Source: an uncultured bacterium (lineage in GTDB: Bacteria; Patescibacteriota; Minisyncoccia; UBA6257; 2-01-FULL-56-20). Taken from it: DNA of 64,000 nucleotides. Shown in pieces: positions 58,863 through 64,000 of this stretch; within the stretch, counting starts at the first letter, position 1, and the number at the start of each line of letters is the position of its first letter. Under the pieces are notes generated by a model. The model was not told the origin of the DNA, searched no databases, and worked only from the letters and a program-made list of their open reading frames with translations. The stretch is taken from positions 450,172 to 514,171 of the forward strand of contig OY970358.1 of NCBI GenBank assembly GCA_963718575.1, written 5' to 3'. A program made the position numbers and the translations under genes.

Positions 58863-59333
58863 ATGGATAATATGTCGTTTTTTAGAAGACTCGCATCCGT
58901 CAGGTCGAATATGGAAGCTCCGGATATTAATATTGATCTCGCGAAGGCCACGTTACCGATTCCGGCTCCGCCGAAATCCGCCGAGCAAGATACCGACGGA
59001 CCCGTTGGGCAGCTTACGGTGGATATCTATCATACGCCCAACGATATCGTCGTTGAATCCGCGATAGCGGGGGCGCACCCCGAAGATATCAATGTTGTCG
59101 TGGCAACCGATTCGATATCAATAAAGGGCCTCCGGAGGCGCGATCCCGAATCCCCTGAGGCTGAATATCTGCACCAGGAATGCTATTGGGGTAAATTTAC
59201 CCGCTCCATCATCCTTCCGGAAGAAGTAGACCCGGAAAACGCATCTGTTAAGTTCAAGAACGGCATTCTTTCTGTGCGAATGCCAAAAACGAATCGCAAA
59301 AAGACCCGGAAATTGGAGGTTCGAATGGATTAA
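58863..59333 (+). CDS. Hsp20/alpha-crystallin family small heat-shock protein
   Basis: TVDIYHTPNDIVVESAIAGAHPEDINVVVATDSISIKG...FKNGILSVRMPK. Start MDNMSFF (58863) or MSFF; ORF track start 58809. Confidence 0.8.
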   Translation: MDNMSFFRRLASVRSNMEAPDINIDLAKATLPIPAPPKSAEQDTDGPVGQLTVDIYHTPNDIVVESAIAGAHPEDINVVVATDSISIKGLRRRDPESPEAEYLHQECYWGKFTRSIILPEEVDPENASVKFKNGILSVRMPKTNRKKTRKLEVRMD

Positions 59334-59411
59334 GGGAAGGGAGTCTTTTCGGCGAGACAAAAAAGCGGCTTTCGAGCCGCTTTTTTACTTATCTATTTTA
59401 TCCGGCTATCG

Positions 59412-60392
59412 CTATAACAGAAAGTGGACAATAAGCTGGAAGATCGCGAGTCCGGAGATCCCTATGATGGCCAGGTACGGGAGCATCGCAGCTGCCCAAT
59501 TCTTCTGTACCGGAGCCGCCGCAGGCGCCGTCGGCGTATATTCTTCGACACGCGTGTTCCCGGCCATATCTATGGCACGCACCGCGATGACATCGTTCAG
59601 ACTTTGATCCTGAATGAGATAGGGGCTTATCGCACGGATCCAGTTCCACTGATTCTGTGGGGTGTTCAGTTGTGAAGGCGGTACTTCAGCCACTTCATAA
59701 TGATCGATCCCCGTCTGCTTATCCACCGTCGAGAAGATGGCGAACCATTGGCCGTTGAAGAGCGACGGGTCATGATACACTCCCACAGTGAAAGGTTCGG
59801 GCGGCGTCGTGTCGTTCTGGATCGCCTCCTGCATCGCGTCCACTGAAACATAACTTCCTTTCAGCATTTGAGGAGTATAGGTTGCGGTTGCGGTCTGCAG
59901 CGCCGCGGGAGTTCCCAGTCCGTCGTTCAATATCGCCTGCGTGCTGCTGAGGAAAGAAAGATGCGCAGCCTGGAACAGTGTTGAGGTTGCTAGGGGAGTG
60001 GATGAGGTCGGGAATTTGAAATATATCGTGGCAAGCTGATTGCTCAAGCTCGGATCGCCGGCCACGCGCCCGCAATATCCGCCGGGCAATCCACCTACGA
60101 AAGAAATAACTCCGTATGATGAATATATCGTAGGCTGTTTTACCCACAGCGTGAGAATCGAATCGCCGTCACTTACGCCGACCGCCTGGAGTATATTGGC
60201 AGGATAAGCAAGGTCAACCTGAGCGGCGTTGATGCACTGACCCTGGTTGTCTAAGCGGACATTAACCGCGAACGTGACCCCCGGCGGATACTTTCCCGTC
60301 GCCGGATCCAGATAGATCTGGGCGGCATGAGCAAGTAAGGGAACCGCAAATATGGAAAGTATAAAACTGAAACCAGCCAGATATTTTTTCAT
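59412..60392 (-). CDS. Cohesin-like surface protein with C-terminal TM anchor
   Basis: Signal peptide. IYLDPATGKYPPGVTFAVNVRLDNQGQCINAAQVDLAYPANILQAVGVSDGDSILTLW...LATIYFKF follows the cohesin pattern. C-terminal helix AAMLPYLAIIGISGLAIFQLIV. Confidence 0.45.
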   Translation of the reverse strand: MKKYLAGFSFILSIFAVPLLAHAAQIYLDPATGKYPPGVTFAVNVRLDNQGQCINAAQVDLAYPANILQAVGVSDGDSILTLWVKQPTIYSSYGVISFVGGLPGGYCGRVAGDPSLSNQLATIYFKFPTSSTPLATSTLFQAAHLSFLSSTQAILNDGLGTPAALQTATATYTPQMLKGSYVSVDAMQEAIQNDTTPPEPFTVGVYHDPSLFNGQWFAIFSTVDKQTGIDHYEVAEVPPSQLNTPQNQWNWIRAISPYLIQDQSLNDVIAVRAIDMAGNTRVEEYTPTAPAAAPVQKNWAAAMLPYLAIIGISGLAIFQLIVHFLL

Positions 60393-60438
60393 CTATAAAC
60401 ATAAGTATAGCACGGCAACTACGATATTTGAGAAAACG

Positions 60439-60510
60439 TCCGCCCGGTAGGATTCGAACCTACGACCAGTCGTGTATAAGACGACGGCTCTACCACTGAG
60501 CTACAGGCGG
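60439..60510 (-). tRNA. tRNA with anticodon TAT (reads AUA; tRNA-Ile(UAU))
   Basis: Reverse complement: acceptor CCGCCTG/CGGGCGG (one T.G), D-arm GCTC-AGTGGTA-GAGC, anticodon arm GTCGT-CTTATAC-ACGAC (U33, A37), T-arm GTAGG-TTCGAAT-CCTAC, discriminator A. Confidence 0.7.
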
Positions 60511-60526
60511 AAACTTATTAATCTTT

Positions 60527-60686
60527 GGAATCCAGCAGCCTGCACTGCTTTGAAGGGCGTCTCTCGGAGCCGCGAAGGCGGGTCCCGCCCAAGGGGCGGG
60601 CAAGCCAGGTTGCGCGTAAGCGCTCCGAGGCGCGAACCCCGTGGCTCAACGCCGCACCCACGAAGTAGCGCGGACTACTGATTCCC
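60527..60686. repeat. Hairpin element E3: degenerate relative of E1/E2 carrying TCTCGGAGCCGCGAAGGCGGG plus GC-rich sub-hairpins
   Basis: Shares the core TCTCGGAR..GCGAAGGCG and a CCAAGG box with E1. Outer inverted repeat only partial (ggaatccagcag... / ...ctactgattcc). Internal hairpins cccgcc-caagg-ggcggg and gcgc-GTAA-gcgc. Confidence 0.45.
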
Positions 60687-61277
60687 CTTCTCTATAGTAT
60701 CAAACTGGTCCATTGCCTGCCCAGCCTGCGCATTGAAGTTATTGATCGCATTCACGTCGGTGTTGATCTGATTCACAATTCCCGTCACCTCATCGTTTGG
60801 CACCGGCGTTCCGCTGAACCGAGATTGAAGCACGCCAAGAAGATGATCGAGGTCGTTGCTGTATGTGATGAGTTCGTTGATGACGGCAAGACGGCTCGAA
60901 ATCGATTCGAGCGCCGCTTGCTGTGCGGACGGCGAAGTGATGTCCGGAAGAGCACTCGTCATTTGGCTCACCTGCGCGGAAAGCTGGATCGCTTCGGCGC
61001 GCAACCCCGCGCTTTGGTTGATAAGGTCGGTCGTTGAAGCGAGAGCTGCCGAGTAATCGCCATCCTGATCGTCTTTATTGATTCCCTGAAGCTCGGCCGT
61101 GGACTGGTTGGAATTGTTGACGATTGTTTGGGCAATGATAGCGCCCTGCAGCCGCGCGGCAGTGAAGTCCGCCGGGACTTTGTTTTCCGCCCGCCAAAAC
61201 AGGACGAGACCATATCCCACAGCAATAAGGATGATAAAAGCCGCAATGATCTTTGTGCGACGAGAGAATGTGGGCAT
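60675..61277 (-). CDS. Membrane-anchored coiled-coil protein (200 aa)
   Basis: N-terminal TM helix IIAAFIILIAVGYGLVLFW, then a Gln/Ala/Asn-rich helical region. Confidence 0.45.
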   Translation of the reverse strand: MPTFSRRTKIIAAFIILIAVGYGLVLFWRAENKVPADFTAARLQGAIIAQTIVNNSNQSTAELQGINKDDQDGDYSAALASTTDLINQSAGLRAEAIQLSAQVSQMTSALPDITSPSAQQAALESISSRLAVINELITYSNDLDHLLGVLQSRFSGTPVPNDEVTGIVNQINTDVNAINNFNAQAGQAMDQFDTIEKGNQ

Positions 61278-61373
61278 GAATTGGATTTCCTATTTTTACC
61301 AAAAATAATTGAAAAAAGCAAGTAAGAATGGTAGATTAAATCACGCAGAGCGCGCCGGAGAACCGGCGGCACT

Positions 61374-61444
61374 GCGGGTATTGTATAACGGTATTACGTC
61401 ACCCTTCCAAGGTGAAGTCAGGGGTTCGACTCCCCTTACCCGCT
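61374..61444 (+). tRNA. tRNA-Gly (anticodon TCC)
   Basis: Acceptor GCGGGTA/TACCCGC, anticodon arm TCACC-CTTCCAA-GGTGA, T-arm AGGGG-TTCGACT-CCCCT. Confidence 0.8.
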
Positions 61445-61729
61445 CAGAACAGGAAACTTTTGCCTCATATCTACAACCGTCATAGGAATGGCGCTTGTTT
61501 CGAGAGGTTCAAACCATTCCAATTCTTTCTCAATAATTTCTCGCTTCTCTTCAATGAATTTGAATGGACGCCGAAGGGTTAATGCGATCTTTTGGGCTTT
61601 AAGGATGTGGTTGTAACCAATACAGGCGAATATCGCTTTTTTCGTTTCCAAATCGCCGTGCTTGAACCATACGCGGGCATAGCGTGCAAAGTTGAAAGTC
61701 CTCTCGCTCAGCTCAACCCAATTCTCCAA
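61436..61729 (-). CDS. Hypothetical protein (97 aa) whose 3' end overlaps tRNA-Gly
   Basis: ORF only; lower-GC segment. Confidence 0.3.
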   Translation of the reverse strand: MENWVELSERTFNFARYARVWFKHGDLETKKAIFACIGYNHILKAQKIALTLRRPFKFIEEKREIIEKELEWFEPLETSAIPMTVVDMRQKFPVLSG

Positions 61730-61823
61730 TTCCTTGCCCTGATCCGTGTTTAGGCCCTAATAAAAAAGAAAAGCGGCCCGACATTACTGCCGGACGCTGT
61801 CAAGCTGTCGGAATCATAACTAC

Positions 61824-62174
61824 CTATCTTCGCGTCATTTGATTGACGCCCTGGATGCTTTTTAAGCGATAGGGTAGTTTATGTTTCTTCAGGTGGTTAT
61901 TGATAGTCACATATTCACTCAACCAAAAGTCGTCGATTGCCCTGCTGCGCACCTTGTAGAACCCATACTCACGGATCCATTCAAGCGCTTTGCGATGATT
62001 ATACTTCCAGTCCTCCGCGGAAAGAATCGCATCCCACTCCGCATTGGTTAATGGTTCCGATGGGGAGCGGATGATTTTTATAAACGCGACGACGTGTTCG
62101 CCGGGTTTACAATACTGGCAAAGCCGTGCCTTCACGCCTTCAATCTCCCGTGCGACGATCTCATCTAAATTCAT
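61824..62174 (-). CDS. Hypothetical protein (116 aa)
   Basis: ORF with plausible codon usage; no motif. Confidence 0.35.
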   Translation of the reverse strand: MNLDEIVAREIEGVKARLCQYCKPGEHVVAFIKIIRSPSEPLTNAEWDAILSAEDWKYNHRKALEWIREYGFYKVRSRAIDDFWLSEYVTINNHLKKHKLPYRLKSIQGVNQMTRR

Positions 62175-62267
62175 TTTTCCCTCCGCTTAAAGCTGCCTGT
62201 CCGCATTCTACCGATTGACGGATAGACTGTCAAATGATATGATGCCTCCAGTCAAAAGGAGGTCTTT

Positions 62268-62654
62268 GTGCCCACTTGTAATACCGCATGGAATATCTTC
62301 CTCAGATGGAAGCGGCGCAATGAAGAGGGTGAAGACTTGCGCGGAGTTACCAACGAGATAGCGCTATCTGCCCTGGCTCACATCGCGGAATGTCCGTTGT
62401 GTCTGGTACGATGGGAGGTATTTATGCAGACATTTCGTCCGCCTAAACTCGATCCCTGGGCCTCCCTTTTGCCGTTTCTCGCTAGGGCGACGGGAATCCC
62501 ACCGGAAGAAATTTCCCGTGATACCCCTCTTGGATCTATTCAGATTGCCAACATTATTATGCTTCTCCACAGGGTTAAACGTTGCCGTGTGAAATGCTTT
62601 CCCGACAAGATGACTGTCGGTAAGCTCATTGCCCGATGGGCGACATCTTCGTAG
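62268..62654 (+). CDS. Hypothetical protein (128 aa)
   Basis: ORF; Cys pairs (CPLC, CRVKC) hint at a small metal-binding fold. Confidence 0.3.
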   Translation: MPTCNTAWNIFLRWKRRNEEGEDLRGVTNEIALSALAHIAECPLCLVRWEVFMQTFRPPKLDPWASLLPFLARATGIPPEEISRDTPLGSIQIANIIMLLHRVKRCRVKCFPDKMTVGKLIARWATSS

Positions 62655-62784
62655 AGGGAGCGAATAGAAAGCCCGTTTGTCGCGCCATGCGACGAACGGG
62701 CTCTTTTTTATTGCCGCGGTTTTCTTTAGTCAAAAATAGCTCGCGTTGCCGTGTTATACTACTCCTAAATATAGCGCTCATTGC

Positions 62785-64000
62785 ATGATTCATCTCATTA
62801 TTTATCTTATTGCGGCGTATTTGATTGTCGGGACTGTCATTTATGTCCTAGGACATCCCCTGCGTGAGCGGGTCGCAACGACTGCAGAGACGGAGCATTC
62901 TGAAGGAAAAACGAATATGTTATATCGCCACCTTGCCCATTCCGCGCAGGCAATCAATTTCTTGGTGCATTCGTCCGTCTCGGTGGTCACGCGCGAGCCG
63001 ACATCGGCGCCGATTGCGCAGTTATATGAGGAAAGCGTCCGCCGGGCGTTCGACCCTAAACACCTTTTCATCACGACCGGCGCGCCGCATTCCCGCGGCA
63101 TGTATCTGCGAAATTTTGCGTGGTTCTATCCGGATCTTCTTAGCCCGGCAACGATCATAGATGAGGCGGATCGCGAAAACCGCATCGTTTTGCTCGAGCG
63201 GAGTATTCGCACCGCGCTCGAGACGATGGGCACGCGGGCGTATACGACGACGATCATCCCGCTCACCGCGCGCCGCTTCGCCGCCGTCAATTACGTGACG
63301 CCGCCGTCCGACTCCCTGCTCGGCATTCTGGCAGGGCTCGAACAGCTCACTGACGCATCGCGCGAGACCGGCTACACCGCGACGGAGATCATCGCGCAAT
63401 ATAAAAAGAACATCGAGCGCGAGCTCGCACGCATCGCCGCACATCTCGAACCGATCATTATCAATAGAAAGAAATACCTCCTCCTCGACGCGCGGAAAAA
63501 TATGTCGAGCGCGACGGATACGCGCAACGAGCGCATGCGCTTCGTCGTGAGCGCGAACGTTTGGGCCACATTTGCAAAAGCCGAGCGCCTTGGTCTTATG
63601 GATGGAAAAGTATTCGCCGCGTTCGGCCTCGATAAGACGCAATATAAAAAAGATATTCTCGAACTCTTCGGTGCGGAAGGATACATCTGCGACTCGCTCG
63701 CTCCTTCGTTGCGTCCGGCGCGCGCCACCGACAACATCACACTCGACTTCGCGCATATCCATAACGGCTTTTGGAATTTCTCCGATCCTGACGAGCAAAT
63801 ACTTTTTAAAAATACGGTCGATCTGATATTCTCCGACCCGACCTTCCGCGACATTTCCAATAATTGTTATTTTGTCTCACGCAAAGATCCCGACTGTGAT
63901 CTTATTCACCGATACGCCACGCCGTCGTATCATGGCCGCACCGTGTGGTCGTCATTCAATGTTGAGCTCGCCGATCGCCTGCTCGACCTTGCGCACGCGG
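62785..64000 (+). CDS. Hypothetical membrane protein, 5' part (runs past the window end; not in the ORF track)
   Basis: Manual translation from ATG 62785 gives more than 405 codons without a stop (MIHLIIYLIAAYLIVGTVIYVLGHPLRERV...), with an N-terminal TM helix. The listed minus-strand ORFs 63022..63798 and 63372..63860 are its antisense shadows. Confidence 0.6.
   Translation, partial: MIHLIIYLIAAYLIVGTVIYVLGHPLRERVATTAETEHSEGKTNMLYRHLAHSAQAINFLVHSSVSVVTREPTSAPIAQLYEESVRRAFDPKHLFITTGAPHSRGMYLRNFAWFYPDLLSPATIIDEADRENRIVLLERSIRTALETMGTRAYTTTIIPLTARRFAAVNYVTPPSDSLLGILAGLEQLTDASRETGYTATEIIAQYKKNIERELARIAAHLEPIIINRKKYLLLDARKNMSSATDTRNERMRFVVSANVWATFAKAERLGLMDGKVFAAFGLDKTQYKKDILELFGAEGYICDSLAPSLRPARATDNITLDFAHIHNGFWNFSDPDEQILFKNTVDLIFSDPTFRDISNNCYFVSRKDPDCDLIHRYATPSYHGRTVWSSFNVELADRLLDLAHA

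Overview
The window is 64 kb of a fairly high-GC (~55-60%) bacterial chromosome with most genes on the minus strand. The gene content fits an uncultivated, possibly Patescibacteria/CPR-like, lineage: RNase Y, cofactor-independent phosphoglycerate mutase, a short four-domain S1 protein and abundant surface proteins. Several compact AT-rich islands interrupt the high-GC background.

Layout, in order:
(i) 1-8.4 kb: a surface-glycan cluster with rmlD/rmlA/rmlB, gmd/fcl, a GT11 alpha-1,2-fucosyltransferase, a frameshifted CmcI-like methyltransferase and an O-antigen-ligase-like membrane protein.
(ii) 8.4-14.6 kb: rny, gpmI and rpsA. gpmI and rpsA are each preceded by an unusual long perfect hairpin element with a shared loop motif and by promoters placed for leaderless transcripts. 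A candidate small RNA sits in the same stretch.
(iii) 14.7-20.4 kb: a ~4.75 kb AT-rich cargo next to tRNA-Phe, bounded by perfect 174-bp inverted repeats. It carries a large serine recombinase, an XRE regulator and an ABC-2 transporter. A second nested 185-bp inverted-repeat pair follows immediately. This looks like an integrative or invertible element.
(iv) 20.8-25 kb: tRNA-Arg, tRNA-Pro, tRNA-Val, folD, a DNA glycosylase interrupted by an in-frame TGA, glyA and tRNA-His.
(v) 25-30.5 kb: a membrane methyltransferase, a PLD-like protein, ftsH (frameshifted in an A6 run) and an MFS transporter.
(vi) 30.5-60.4 kb: a ~30 kb cell-surface island. It holds dockerin- and cohesin-like proteins, FN3/LamG/Thr-rich giant secreted proteins and a MacB/FtsX-type ABC exporter. 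It also holds four CARDB/DUF916-like membrane-anchored proteins and three proteins ending in a conserved YV(A/V)(T/A)PxF tail, two of them a near-identical tandem duplicate. Two Hsp20 genes, a hyper-acidic Ser/Asp-rich protein and a small membrane-tethered HTH protein complete it.
(vii) 60.4-64 kb: tRNA-Ile(UAU), tRNA-Gly, small hypothetical genes and an unlisted partial membrane-protein ORF running off the window end.

No CRISPR array or rRNA gene was seen. TGA is used as a normal stop codon.
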